Of a stretch of 64,000 nt of DNA, positions 21,771 to 33,697 are shown piece after piece. The stretch covers positions 434,001-498,000 of the forward strand of contig JASTWF010000342.1 in NCBI GenBank assembly GCA_030390025.1. Direction: 5' to 3'. The stretch's first letter is position 1. Every line of letters begins with the position of its first letter. Made by a program: the position numbers and the translations under genes. The stretch is from Squalus acanthias. Lineage: Eukaryota. A model generated the notes under the pieces. That model was not told the DNA's origin, ran no database searches, and saw only the letters and a program-made list of their open reading frames with translations.

Positions 21771-23579
21771 TCCCGCTGCAGGTGCTGAGATTACAGGTCC
21801 AAAAGCTTGGCAGCCTGCAGAGGAAGCAAGGCTTGCTGCAGACCTTAAATGCAGCAGCAATGATGACGTCATCGGAGGCGACTTTCAGACTGGAATAACT
21901 CATTGGCCATGGGTTCCCACATGTGGGAACTCAATTGGCCAATTAAGTTAAAATCGCATCATTAATCCACATTAATCTGGAGTCGGGGGGGCAACACGAA
22001 ATGTGGGTAACACGACCCCAACCCGACCCCAAGACAAAATCCAGCCCTTAATGTTCGCACAAGATCATCAAAGCGTTTCCTGCACTGGATCCAGGAGTGT
22101 GAACAAATGGACCTTGCGCTGACCTCTTGAGCAATGTGCAGCCAGGCTGCCTTGGTCTGCTGAGGAGGTTTCCTCCGGCCATCCGAAGGGAAGATAATCT
22201 CCCTGCGCCCTCTTACAGCATCGACAAGAACATGGAGGGACTCATCATTAAATCGAGGAGCTGCCTTGCCTCTGGAAGAAGTCATTGTGGTTGGAGCAAT
22301 ATCACTGAGTGTCAGAATGCAGAAGAGAAAGGCTGAGGCTGAATGGGAGCCTTAAAACCAGCTGCTACGATGACGTCATCAGAGGCGGCCAGCCGACCCG
22401 ATCGCACTCATTGGACTGGCCAGAGCGCCCCAATGAACTTAATAAGCTGCTTTCATTAAAATCGGACATCAGCAGCTGATCCCGCCGGAAGCGGCTCTGG
22501 AACCCGCCCACCACGCAACCCGACCCCAACCCACCTCGGGAATTAAAATTGTGCCCAAAGAATTTAACTTTTTGTTCTATTATACTCTTCCCCCAGTCTT
22601 ACTCGTTTAAATCTTCCCACTCCCTACTTTACCTTTTTTGCAAGGGCATTGGTACCAATCCAATTAGGATGAAGTCCATCCTGTCTGAACAGCTTCCCCC
22701 TGCCTTGTCCCATTGTCTTAAGAATCACCTTTATAATATGACATGTTCATTCATGCATTTTGTGACTATGTTAAAATTAAAAAGCATGGAACCAGTCCTA
22801 TTTGTCCTCTCCAAAATATCAGGGCATATATTACCAAAAGACTCTCTTCTCTTTATTTCTTTGAACTACAATTTCTTCAAAAGTATGGCTCTGGATATTT
22901 AAAAATGATAATATTATCAAAGATCTCATCATTTCAAGGGTTTTCATATTGAGAGTTATTTTTTCTTTCTGTTGTTGCCAATGAAAACAAAAAAAGCAGC
23001 AATATAAAGTAAAAGGAACAAAAAGATACATGAAAAAATATTGTAATTTGGAACTGATAGTAAAATGTGTATTTATCTTTGATGAAATAGCAGAATCCTT
23101 AAAATATATTCTATAGAATTATATTACAGGTAGAGCTGGAAAGGGGATTTATTTTAAATTGCTGAGATGATCCTCATAGCATTATGAGATTGAAAATAAC
23201 CTCATTTATAGTTCTGTTTGTGTTCAGCTTTGCTATTAACACTGGAAATCAGCAGGACCTCCATACTGATTGCTTCTTCAGATGTGATAAAAGTGATGGT
23301 GGATCATGGGAAGTTATTGTTAGCACACACACAACTTGGCACTTAGAAGAAATAGTAAGAATGGTATCTGGACTTGGTTATCTGTCTATAACTTTAATAT
23401 GCAATTAGCCTTTAATGCAACAGATATATTGCATAGATATGGGATTCCACCCTGCACACATATTAAATTTTAGTACTTTTTGTTTAGGAGTTACCTCTGA
23501 ATCTTTTATCTTTTGGTAGATTTTGTAATCATCAGTTATAATGATATTACATTTTCACTATGAGAATTTTTAATTAGCA

Positions 23580-24735
23580 GCCGACTAGATCCAGAGAGAT
23601 TGGGAGTGAAGCACATCTTGGGCAGTAACGCAAAAAGGATGATGGCGCATCGGTAGCCCGATTTACACTCTGCCCGCTTTTCTGTTCGAATGGCTTCTCT
23701 TCCCGCTCCCGCATCGTTACCTCTGGTGTCCCCCAAGGATCTATCCTTGGTCCCCTCCTATTTCTCATCTACATGCTGCCCCTTGACGACATCATCCGAA
23801 AACACAGCGTCAGTTTCCACATGTAGGTTGACGACACCCAGCTCTACCTCACCAACTTTTCTCTCAACCCCTCCACGGTCAGACTGCTTGTCCAACATCC
23901 AGTTCTGGATGAGCAGAAATTTTCCCCAATTAAATATTGGGAAGACCGAAGCAATTGTTTTTGGTCCCCACCACAAACTCTGTTCCCTAGCCACTGACAC
24001 CATCCCTCTCCCTAACATCTGTCTGAGGCTGAACCACACTGTTCGCAACCTTGGTGTCATATTTGACCCTGAAAGGAGCGTCTGACCACATATCCGCAGC
24101 ATAATTAAGACCGCCTACTTCCACCTCCATAACATCGCCTGTCTCTGCCCTTGCCTCAGCTCATCTGCTGCTGAAACCCTCATCCATGTGTTTGTTGCCT
24201 CTACACTTGACTATTCCAACGCACTCCTGGCTGGCCTCCCACATTTTACCCTACGTAAACTTGAGGTCATCCAAAATTCGGCTGCCCGTGTCCTAACTCG
24301 CACCAAGTCCTGTTCACCCATCACCCCTGTGCTCGCTGACCTACATTGGCTCCCAGTTAAGCAGCGCCTCGATTTCAAAATTCTCATCCTTGTTTTCAAG
24401 TCCCTCCATGGCCTTGCCCCTCCTTATTTCTGTAATCTCCAGCCCCAGAACCCCCTCGAGATATCTGCGCTCCTCTAATTCTGCCCTCTTGAGCATCCCT
24501 GATTATAATCGCTCAACCATTGGCGGCTATGCCTTCGGCTGCCGAGGCCCTAAGCTCTGGAATTCCCTCTCTAAACATCTCCGCCTCTCTTTCCTCTTTT
24601 AAGACGCTCCTTAAAACCTACCTCTTTGACCAAGCTTTTGGTCACCTACCCTAATTTCTCCTTATGTGACTCGGTGTCAAATGTTTTGTCTTATAATACT
24701 CCTGTGAAGTGCCAAAGGTGCTATATAACAACAAC
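23580..24735 (+). mobile_element. L2-type LINE RT 3' fragment
   Basis: [14 protein letters not shown] segment, LNIGKTE, RNLGVIFD, LDYSNALLAGLP..QNSAARVL..LHWLPVKQRLDFKIL; tail ..GGTGCTATATAA. Confidence 0.88.
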
Positions 24736-24842
24736 TTACAACTTTTCCATCGGAAGAAGTTCCATTGTATAAACTTTGCTAGGGTCTCCCAAAATCAGGA
24801 TTTAATGCCTCCTTTATACTATGATGGTGCAGAACCTCACGG

Positions 24843-25285
24843 TGTCAGCCATGGCTCAGTGGTAGCAGTCTCGCCTCTGTAGTCGGGAGGTTGTCGGTTC
24901 ATAGTTCAACTCCGGCGACTTGAGCACATATTCCAGGCTGAACACTTCAGTTCAGTACTGAGGGAGTGCTGCACTGTCAGAGGTGTCGTTATTTGGATGA
25001 GACATTAAACTGAGGCCCCGTCTGCCCCCTCAGGTAGACGTAAAAGATCCCATGGAACTCTTTCGAAGAGCAGGGGAGTTCTCTCTGTTGTTGGCCAATA
25101 TTTATCCCTCAACCAACATCACTAAAACAGATAATCTGGTCATGACCACATTGCTGTTTGTGAGACCTTGCTGGGCACAAATTGGTTGCCATGTTTCCTA
25201 CATTGCAACAGCAACTACACTTCAAAAGTTAAGCATTTGGGACGTCCTGAGGTCATGAAAGGTGCTATATCATGCAAGTATTTCT
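24843..25285 (+). mobile_element. tRNA-derived SINE with Deu-domain-like core (SacSINE1/AmnSINE-like) and L2-like tail
   Basis: A-box TGGCTCAGTGG; core GGATGAGACATTAAACTGAGGCCCC..AAAAGATCCCATGG; tail GAAAGGTGCTATAT..GCAAGT. Family name is from memory of the consensus. Confidence 0.75.
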
Positions 25286-25709
25286 GTCTTTCAGAGGCAG
25301 GTTGGAAAATTGGGCAGACGAGATCACTCTTCCAATGAGTGATTTGGGGAGCTGGCATGCGGGGTCTTATTTGAATGGTTAACTTATACAAAAGTGCTTC
25401 CGTGCTGAATTTCATGTGTTTGGGCTATGCTCTGCCCATAATGTTAGCCTCGCATATAAAAAGGGGGGAAGTTGGTGCTGCACAGGTGAAGCCAGCTTTG
25501 TACTGCATCTTAAAGGGATTTTGTGGCATTTTCAGACTGCATTTCAAATTGCAATTTTGGCGAGGGAAACATTTTTCTACTTTTTAGTTGAACTTACAAA
25601 GATATTTTTTTCATTCCCTGTTGCTGCGGCCTTGATTTCACTCTCCCAACACTTGCTCTTGTGCCAAAATCCTGCTGCACAAATAACATCTAAGAAGGTT
25701 GAACTCACT

Positions 25710-26123
25710 GGGGTAGAAATTGAATAGTGCTGGTCTGCCAGTGCGAACTAGGCACAGAAAACAATCCCTGCACTGAACAGGTAGGCCCGAAACCCAATTT
25801 CGAGCTGCGGACGCCTGCTGTGCATCCCCAGGCAGCTCGTCGGCAGACCTGGACATCAATTTCAGGCCGCTGTGAGGATGGCAGCAGCCCTCAGGATGAT
25901 CCTGGGAGGGGGAGAGGCAATCAGGAGGGGCCTGAGCATGGGCCTGCAAGTCTTCAGGCCTGTCGTGGAGCCAGGAGGAGAACTCCTGCTTCTCATGGCT
26001 GCACATTCAGGTAAGAATTTAAGAAACATAACTTTTTGGTGGCGGCCTCCAGCGGATTCTTTAAGGACCACTGTTTAGGCCACATGTAGACCCGGTTATC
26101 CTGAATGCAGCAATTTTTACCCC
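25710..26123. mobile_element. Harbinger-type MITE
   Basis: TIR GGGGTAGAAATTG / GGGGTAAAAATTG; TSD ACT. Confidence 0.85.
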
Positions 26124-26400
26124 ACTGTAGCAGTCCAGCGGAGCGGGGAGACCACATTCATCTGCTTTGCTACCTCATTCTAGGCAGCTTGCATTACCCC
26201 CTTAGCAGGAAGTTGGCCCACTTTCCCAAAAAGAGCCATCCTCTTTTGTTGTACCTCCCACAGTAGGATCTCCAGTGCCTCATGACTGAAAGTGGCAATT
26301 TTGTCTACGTTGTTCTTTGCAGCCATTCTTGCAGAGAATAGATGGTGGTTTAATCTAAATAAATGTGCCTTCCTCTAAGGGATGAGCTTCTCCCCTTTAA

Positions 26401-27170
26401 ATGATCAAGAAGGCCAACGGAATGTTGGCTTTTATTGCTAGGGGGATAGATTATAAAAACAGGGAGGTATTGCTGCAGTTATATAAGGTATTGGTGAGAC
26501 CGCATCTGGAATACTGCATACAGTTTTGGTGTCCATACTTAAGAAAAGACATACTTGCTCTCGAGGCAGTACAAAGAAGGTTCACTCGGTTAATCCCCGG
26601 GATGAGGGGGTGGACATACGAGGAGAGGTTGAGTAGATTGGGACTCTACTCATTGGAGTTCAGAAGAATGAGAAGCGATCTTATTGAAACATATAAGATT
26701 GTGAAGGGGCTTGATCGGGTGGATGCGGTAAGGATGTTCCCAAGGATGGGTGAAACTAGAACTAGGGGGCATAATCTTAGAATAAGGGGCTGCTCTTTCA
26801 AAACTGAGATGAGGAGAAACTTCTTCACTCAGAGGGTAGTAGGTCTGTGGAATTTGCTGCCCCAGGAAGCTGTGGAAGCTACATCATTAAATAAATTTAA
26901 AACAGAAATAGACAGTTTCCTAGAAGTAAAGGGAATTAGAGGTTACGGGGAGCGGGCAGGAAATTGGACATGAGGTTGAGTTCGGATCGGTCGAGGCCCT
27001 GTGGGTGGCGTAGCGGGCCCAGGGGCTGAGTGGCCGGGTCCTGCTCCTACTTCTTGTGTTCTTTAGATTTGAGGTGAGGATCAGATCAGCCATGATCTTA
27101 TTTAATGGCGGAGCAGGCTCGAAGGGCCGATTGGCCTACTCCTGCTCCTATTTCTTATGTTCTTATGTTC
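26401..27170 (+). mobile_element. Young 5'-truncated CR1 LINE with doubled 3' end
   Basis: Uninterrupted 190-aa RT C-terminus; (TTCTTATG)n tail; TTAAATGA at both junctions (26397-26404, 27171-27178). Confidence 0.95.
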
Positions 27171-28884
27171 TTAAATGAGGCTACCTGGCCAGATTATGTC
27201 ACTGGCAGCCAGTTAGCTTACAAGCCTGATTCATTACATATGCTTTTCATGTGCAAGGAGCCTAGGCAAATGAAGGAGTAGGCCATACATCCAAAATTCG
27301 GTGTAGCTTGACTCTTGTTCTACTAGTGTAGATGGGCTTGTGCCACAGGAGTGCGCAAGCCCAATTTTCCCAGGGTTGCAATATCAGGGCTTAAAGGTGC
27401 ATCTTTCAATACTTATATGAGCTAAAAAAGATACCTTTGTTTTCCATACAACACTGACAAAAAGGTACTCAAATATACAATGTATTATGCAGTGGTATGC
27501 TGCCTTTGTATAAGCTAGAAAGAAATTTGCCCTTAAAGGTGTCATCACTTCTCTGATTATGAGGATTAGTCTAGATATTTAATGCAGTGTATTTATCTAT
27601 TCTGTCAACTCCTAACACCTTTTTGAAAAATTACACTGTTTTACTGAAGGAGCCATGGGATAATTTTAATGCATGTTATTAAATGGCTTTAAAGTAAAGG
27701 TCATTTGAGTTAGAAAATTCTAATGCATACAATATTTAATAATCATAAAAAGACATCTAAATTTGTTTTCCGACCATCAAAGCGCATATGTCAACCATAT
27801 TTTTTCTTATCACACGTGTGAATTATTCTACTCTGACACTATTTTCTAAACTGCAAAAATCTTGTTTAAAGCCAGCAGTTATTCTTAGCAGGAAGGCAAT
27901 TGATCTTGATATGAATATAGCTTGGAGCAGCATTAAAGATGTAGGCAGAGAACTCTGAATCAGCATCACAGAGATTCAGGTCTGTGCAGACAGTAGGCAA
28001 GAGGACAAGGTCCACTTTGGCAGCAAGTGACAAAGTGAATGTCAGCATTTGTACTGAATGAAGATTAGTATTCTGACATTTATGTCTACCTGCAGATTGT
28101 TACAGGCGTACACAAATGATGAAACATGGTTAACTGTCCTAGAAGCCGGCATAGTGACAAACTGCAAATAAGGTAGTAAAAATCTACAGTGTTTTGTTAT
28201 ATATATTTTTACTGTTAATTTTCCCAGTTGGGCAAAAAGTTTAACAGGAAAAAGTCTATCCATCTATCTAGTGCCATAACAAAAGGGAACAGCTGGAAGA
28301 CAACCTAACAAGGGCTGATTTGGCAGAAAACTGACTCTGAAGAAATTATAGTGGGAGTACTAATGATATGTAGCAGATTTTCCATGGAACCTTGCATGCT
28401 TTAACAATCCAGCTTTAAAAAGGGACGATTAATTGTGGTAAAACCTTTTGCAGACAAAGAACTCCAGGTGTTGGCACTGTCTGCGACAATTCCATTTACA
28501 GGAGACACGGCAGGTGAAGCTTTGCGACAGGTATTCTGGGTAGACTCGGACTGGTACAGAACACGGAGGTGCAGCTGCACCAGCTTTTCTTTTCCCCACA
28601 CCCATCTAAATATAGAAGTCTGGTTTAAGTGCTGGAAATGTTCATTCTACTGTTCTTGTCATGGTCATGGAAAGTACTGTCAGTCAGCTATATCTCCAGC
28701 TATAAAGTAAGCTGTCCTCAGGTTGATCTGCACTCAGATGATCTAGACTGTACTGAATCCAGAAGGAAGGGTAAACATCCTTCTGCAGCCTGCCATAAAG
28801 AAATATTATACCCCTGGGTGAGATGTGGGCTTGAAACCAAACTTACTGAAGTTGACAGGTTGGACAGAGCTTCCTTGAAGTTCT

Positions 28885-30160
28885 CATTCTTTTGATTTAT
28901 TCTTGAGATGTGGGCAATTCTGGCAACGCTGCAATTATTGCCCATCCTTAGTTGCTATGAGAAGTTGTTGGTGGGCCTGCTCCTTGAACTGTTGCAGTCT
29001 TTGTAGTGATGGTGCTCCCACAATGGTGTTAAGTAGAGAATAGCAGGTTTTGGCCCAGCGACAATGAAGGAATGATGATATATGTCTAAGTCAGCATGGG
29101 GTGTGACTTGAAGATGAACATGGAGCTAACGGTGTTTCCATGACATTGTTGCCTTTGTTCTTCTCAGTGGTAGATACTGAAAGAGAGGGAAGCGCTGTAA
29201 AAGTAACCTTGGTGACTTGTTGACCTATCTCTATAACCTCCTCCAGCCCTACAACCCTCCAAGATATCCGCATTCCTCCAATTCTGGCCCCTTGCGCATC
29301 CCCGATTTTAATTGCTCTACCATTGGCGGCCGTGCCTTCGCCTGCGGAGGCCCTAAACTCTGGAATTCCCTCCGTAAACCTCTCTGCCTCTAGTATCTAC
29401 CTCACTTTCCTCCTTTAAGACGCTCCTTAAAACCTACCTCTGCCCTAATATCCTCTTACGTAGCTCGGTGTCAAATTTTTTGTCTTATAATACTCCTGTG
29501 AAGTGCCTTGGGACGTTTTACTACATTAAAGGCGCTATATAAATGCAAGTTGTTGTTGTTGATGATGCAGTGCAACCTGTAAATCATACATACGGCAGCA
29601 ACAGTGTGTCAGTGATGGAGAATAGTGAGTCCAGTGGCAGGGGCAGTAATCAAGTTAACTGCTCTGTCCTGAATGGTGTCGAGCTTCTTGAGTGTTGTAG
29701 CTGCACTCATCCAGGTGAATTTCCATCACACGATTTACTTGAGCCTTGTAGATGGTCAAAATGCTTTGAGTGGTCAGGAGGTGAGCCACTTGTCAGAGAG
29801 TACCGAGCCTCTGCCCCGTTCTTGTAGTCACAGTGTTGATATTGCCGATCTGGTTAAGTCACTGGTAAGCCTCGAAGATGTTTTTGATGGTAGACTCAGG
29901 ATTGGTGGTACTATTGAAGGTCAAGGGTATAGAGATGGTACTTACCTGGCATTTATGTGGTGTGGATGTTGCCTGCCACATCTCAGCCCCAGCCAGTATG
30001 TTGTCCATGTCCTGCGATAGGCTGGCATGGACTGCTACATTATCTGAGGAATTATGAATGGAGCTGAACACTGTGGAATCATCAGTGATCAGTCTTATTT
30101 CTGACGTCAGGATGGAAAGAAGGCCATTGATGAAACAGCTAAAGATATTTGGGTTGAGAA
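28885..30160 (-). mobile_element. Degenerate CR1-group LINE fragment (same family as 60855-61460), interrupted by an L2 3' end
   Basis: 3' end GATGTGGGC..TTATTGCCCATCC and body similar to 60860-61460. Confidence 0.7.
29225..29560 (+). mobile_element. L2-type LINE 3' end with (GTT)n tail
   Basis: Similar to 24430-24730; ends AAAGGCGCTATATAAATGCAAGTTGTTGTTGTT. Confidence 0.85.
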
Positions 30161-30180
30161 CATTGAGTCATAGAGTCAAA

Positions 30181-31051
30181 GGGCAGGATTTTGGCGGCGC
30201 TCAGGGTGGGTTTGGAGGCGAGTCAAAGGTTAAAATCGTTTTGATTGACGGCAGGTTGCGATCCCGCGATCAACCCGCCTCCAAACAATTTTCCCAAGTG
30301 TCGGGTCCCCGATTTGCGCATGGACCCGACACCTAGCGGCGGGAAGAGGATTAAAGGCAATTACCTGCCTATTAACAGGTAGTTGCTAGTAGTTGACAGG
30401 CTCTTTTTGAATTTTACCGCTTCTGGCTCAGGTTTCCCGATGTCCGGACATCACGTCAGGTAAGTGTGGCATGCTGTGAGTCTGCTGTAATGTTTCTGGA
30501 TTGATGACAGCTGCAGAAGTGGTGTGAAGGATCCAATGTTGCACTGGTGAGTCTGAGGTAAGTAAATGTTGGGAAATGCATTTTAAATATATTTACACAT
30601 TTCTTTAGGTTACAAGTTTTGAAATCCATGTCCAGTGCCACCTCATTGGGAGAACCTCTCTCACCAGTGACAGATCGCTTCTGTCATCTCACCTGCAGCT
30701 GCCATCTATTCCAGCCTATGGAGGGAGTCATTGGAGAGCCTGGGTGCAAGAGGTCACCTTTGTACAGTAATTGTCAGTATTTGCAGCATCTCAATGATGT
30801 CAAACACGGAGACATCAGCTGTCAAAATAAATTGTGCATGGTCCCTTTAAGAAAACCGGTAGATGACACGTCATCAAATGACATCATCTGACCAGCTTCC
30901 TCTTAATTGGCTGGCAAGCCTGCAGGGCAGGCTTAACAATGTCAATCAACGTAAAATCACGTCTGTGGGCCGGATGCAGTTGGGGGCGTGACTGGAAGCC
31001 AGAAACCACCTGACCCGCACCCAACATACCTCCATTGAAAAAATCGTGGCC
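30181..31051. mobile_element. Harbinger-type MITE inserted into a CR1 microsatellite tail (same family as 53424-54188)
   Basis: Ends GGGCAGGATTTT / GGCCACGATTTT; flanks GAGTCATAGAGTCAAA | ATAGAGTCA. Confidence 0.8.
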
Positions 31052-31838
31052 ATAGAGTCATCACGGCACAGAAGGAGGCCATTCGGCCCATTGAGTCCGT
31101 GCCAGCTCTCTGTAGAGCAATCCAGTCAGTCCCATTCTCCCGCTCTATCCCATAGCCCTGCAAGTTTATTTCCCTCAAGTGCCTATCCAGTCTCCCCTTG
31201 AAAACATTGAGTCTGTCCGCTTCCACCACTTCCGTCGGCAGCGAATTCCAGGTCATCAACACTCGCTGCCTAAAAAAGCTTTTCTTCACGTCCCCCTTGT
31301 ATCTCTTGCCCAAAACCTTAAATCTGTGTCCCCTAGTCCTTGAACCATCAACTAGAGGGAACAGCTTTTCCCCGTCTAACCTATCCAAACCCGTCATAAT
31401 CTTGTACACCTCTATCAAATCACCCCTCAACCTCCTTTGCTCTAATGAAAACAAATCCAGCTTCTCCAACCTGTCCTTGTAGCTAAGATCCCCCATCCCC
31501 GGAACCATTCTGGTAAATCTCCTCTGCACCCTCTCAAGGACCTTCACATCCTTCCTAAAGTGTGGTGACCAGAACTTGATGCAATACTCCAGTTATGATC
31601 TAACTAGCGTTTTATAAAGGTTCAGCATAACTTCTCTACTTTTGTACTCAATACCTCTATTTATGAAGCCCAAGATCCCATATGCTTTGCTAACCACTCT
31701 CTCAATATGTCCTGCCACCTTCAGGGACCTATGCACATTAACTCCCAGGTCCCTCTGTCCCTGCACACTCTTTAAAACTGTGCCATTAAGTGTATATTGC
31801 CTCTCCCTGTTCCTTCTGCCAAAATGCATCACCTCTCA

Positions 31839-32687
31839 TAAGAACATAAGAACATAAGAAATAGGAGCAGGAGTAGGCCAATCGGCCCCTCGAGCCTGCT
31901 CCGCCATTCAATAAGATCATGGCTGATCTGATCCTAACCGCCAATCTACTATCTATCACAGAACCATCTCCTGCATCTAACAGAATTGCACACACGAAAT
32001 AGGAGCAGAATCAGGCTACACAGTCCCTGGGCCCGCTCCACTACCCACAGGGCCATGACCGATCCGAACCTAGACTCATGTCCAAATTCCTGCCCGCTCC
32101 CCGTAACCCTTAATGCCCTTTACTTCTAGGAAACTGTCTATTTCTGTTTTAAATTTAATTAATGTTGTAGCTTCTACAGCTTTTTGTGGCAGCATATTCC
32201 ATGGACCTACCACCCTCTGAGTGAAGTAGTTCCTCCTCATCTCAGTTTTGAAAGAGCAGCCCCTTATTCTAAGACTATGTCCCCTAGTTCTCGTCTCACC
32301 CGTCATCGGGAACATCCTCCCCGCATCCACCCGATCCAACCCCTTCACAATCTTATATGTTTCAATAAGATCGCCTCTCATTCTTCTGAACTCCAATGAG
32401 TAGAGTCCCAATCTACCCAACCTCTCCTCATATGACCACCCCCTCATCCCCGGGATTAACCGAATGAACCTTTTTTGCACTGCCTCGAGAGCAAGGATGT
32501 CTTTCCTTAAGTAAGGACACCAAAACTGTATGCAGTATTCCAGGTGCGGTCTCACCAATACCTTGTACAACTGAAGCAATACCTCCCTATTTTTATATTC
32601 TATCCCCCTAGCAATGAAAGCCAACATTCCATTTGCCTTCTTAATCACTTGCTGCACCTGCATACTAACCTTTTGAGTTTCGTGCAC
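31839..32687 (-). mobile_element. Young 5'-truncated CR1 copy, near-identical to 44081-44930
   Basis: 204-aa open RT C-terminus; TCTCA repeated at both junctions; only two differences from the 44-kb copy seen by eye. Confidence 0.95.
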
Positions 32688-33101
32688 CACATCTCACATC
32701 TCTGTATTAAATTCCATCTGCTACTTGTTTGCCCATTCGGCTAGCCTTTCTATGTCCTGTTGCAGTCAATTGGTATCATCATCATCAGTGTTTGCCACAC
32801 CCCCAAGTTTGGTGTGATCGACAAATTTAGAAATTCTACTCTATTCCAATATCCAGGTCATTGCTTTGAAGTACTCCAGCAGCGATGTTCTGAGCTGTGA
32901 AGATCGGCTTCTGACAATCATAATCATCTTCCAATGTGTCAGGTATAAATCCAGCCACTGGAGGATTTTCCATCAGGATGTAGTTCCACTAATTATTGCA
33001 ACCCTGTTAATCTATCCTATAACCTGCACATTGTTCAGCTCACCTCAGATCTCTTGAGGTCTCTAAGTTAAGTAAACTAAATGGATAATGTTAAAGACTT
33101 T

Positions 33102-33697
33102 GGCCTAGAAATTCACTTATACAGTGCCCAGTTTTTGGGCAAGAAATGGGCATGAAGGGTCCAATAAGAGCATGCAGACTTTCAGTCTAAGCTGGAAGCG
33201 CACTGCATGGACATATTTGTTAGGGTGTCCTCTAGTCATCCAGGGAGCCTGCGTGAAACAGGCGTTAGGCCCATTGACTATACAAAATCAGGGGTCCAAT
33301 GCCTGTTTCAGACTGCTTTGCCAAATTGGACCGCAACTGACCACAGCATGCATCTTGCATGCTGCAATCAGTTTTCTTAGCACACAGCAGCCAAACCAGG
33401 GAGGCTGCCACCAAAACAGTACTCCTCCCAGCTCCACATTAAATCAGTAGGCCACTGTCAGCCAGCACTCACTCCTATTCCGATTGCCTCACATGCCCAG
33501 GACTTACTTGCTGCCCTCAGCCGGTGGCCCCACACCCCCACCATGACTGGCGAACTGCCTCTGAGGCCATGACTTGTGCCTGCAACTCACTGGCAATATA
33601 TAATTTCCCATAGCCCTGCCACCAACCTCTTTAAATGCGTGCATCCCCACTGCACCAGGATTGCGGCCCGATTCGGGCACAATTCAATTGCAAGGCC
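33102..33697. mobile_element. Harbinger-type MITE (degenerate)
   Basis: Ends GGCCTAGAAATT / GGCCTTGCAATT; internal similarity to 14370-15048 and 43097-43640. Confidence 0.65.

Larger units (their letters stand above)
17812..22047. mobile_element. Harbinger copy H3 (best preserved), nested in H2
   Basis: Perfect 13-bp TIR GGGCTGGATTTTG; flanks CTA/TTA (3-bp TSD, one mismatch). Confidence 0.95.
16137..22285 (-). pseudogene. H2 Myb/SANT-like accessory gene (exon 1 22285-22048 plus 17808-17807, exon 2 17462-17303, exon 3 ~17150-16137)
   Basis: MTSSRGKAAPRFNDESLHVLVDAV..WIQCRKRFDDL; exon 2 EKIAHNKRE..GGG; exon 3 homologous to the other copies, frameshifted. Confidence 0.85.
15148..22556. mobile_element. 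Harbinger copy H2 (transposase internally deleted; hosts nested copy H3)
   Basis: Imperfect TIRs GGCCTTGATTTTAAT / GGGCACAATTTTAAT; transposase start remnant ATGGGAAACATTTAT at ~15688; Myb-like gene on the minus strand split by H3. Confidence 0.85.
30164..32870 (-). mobile_element. CR1 LINE RT 3' fragment hosting a MITE (30181-31051) and a younger CR1 (31839-32687)
   Basis: ORFs 30957-31547 and 31593-31832 are CR1 RT; the host sequence resumes at ~32690. Confidence 0.88.

Noticed and set aside
24843..24920. Genuine tRNA gene
   Set aside because: A/B boxes run straight into a SINE body and LINE-like tail; no intact cloverleaf seen. The same applies at ~36790-36860 and ~42170-42240.
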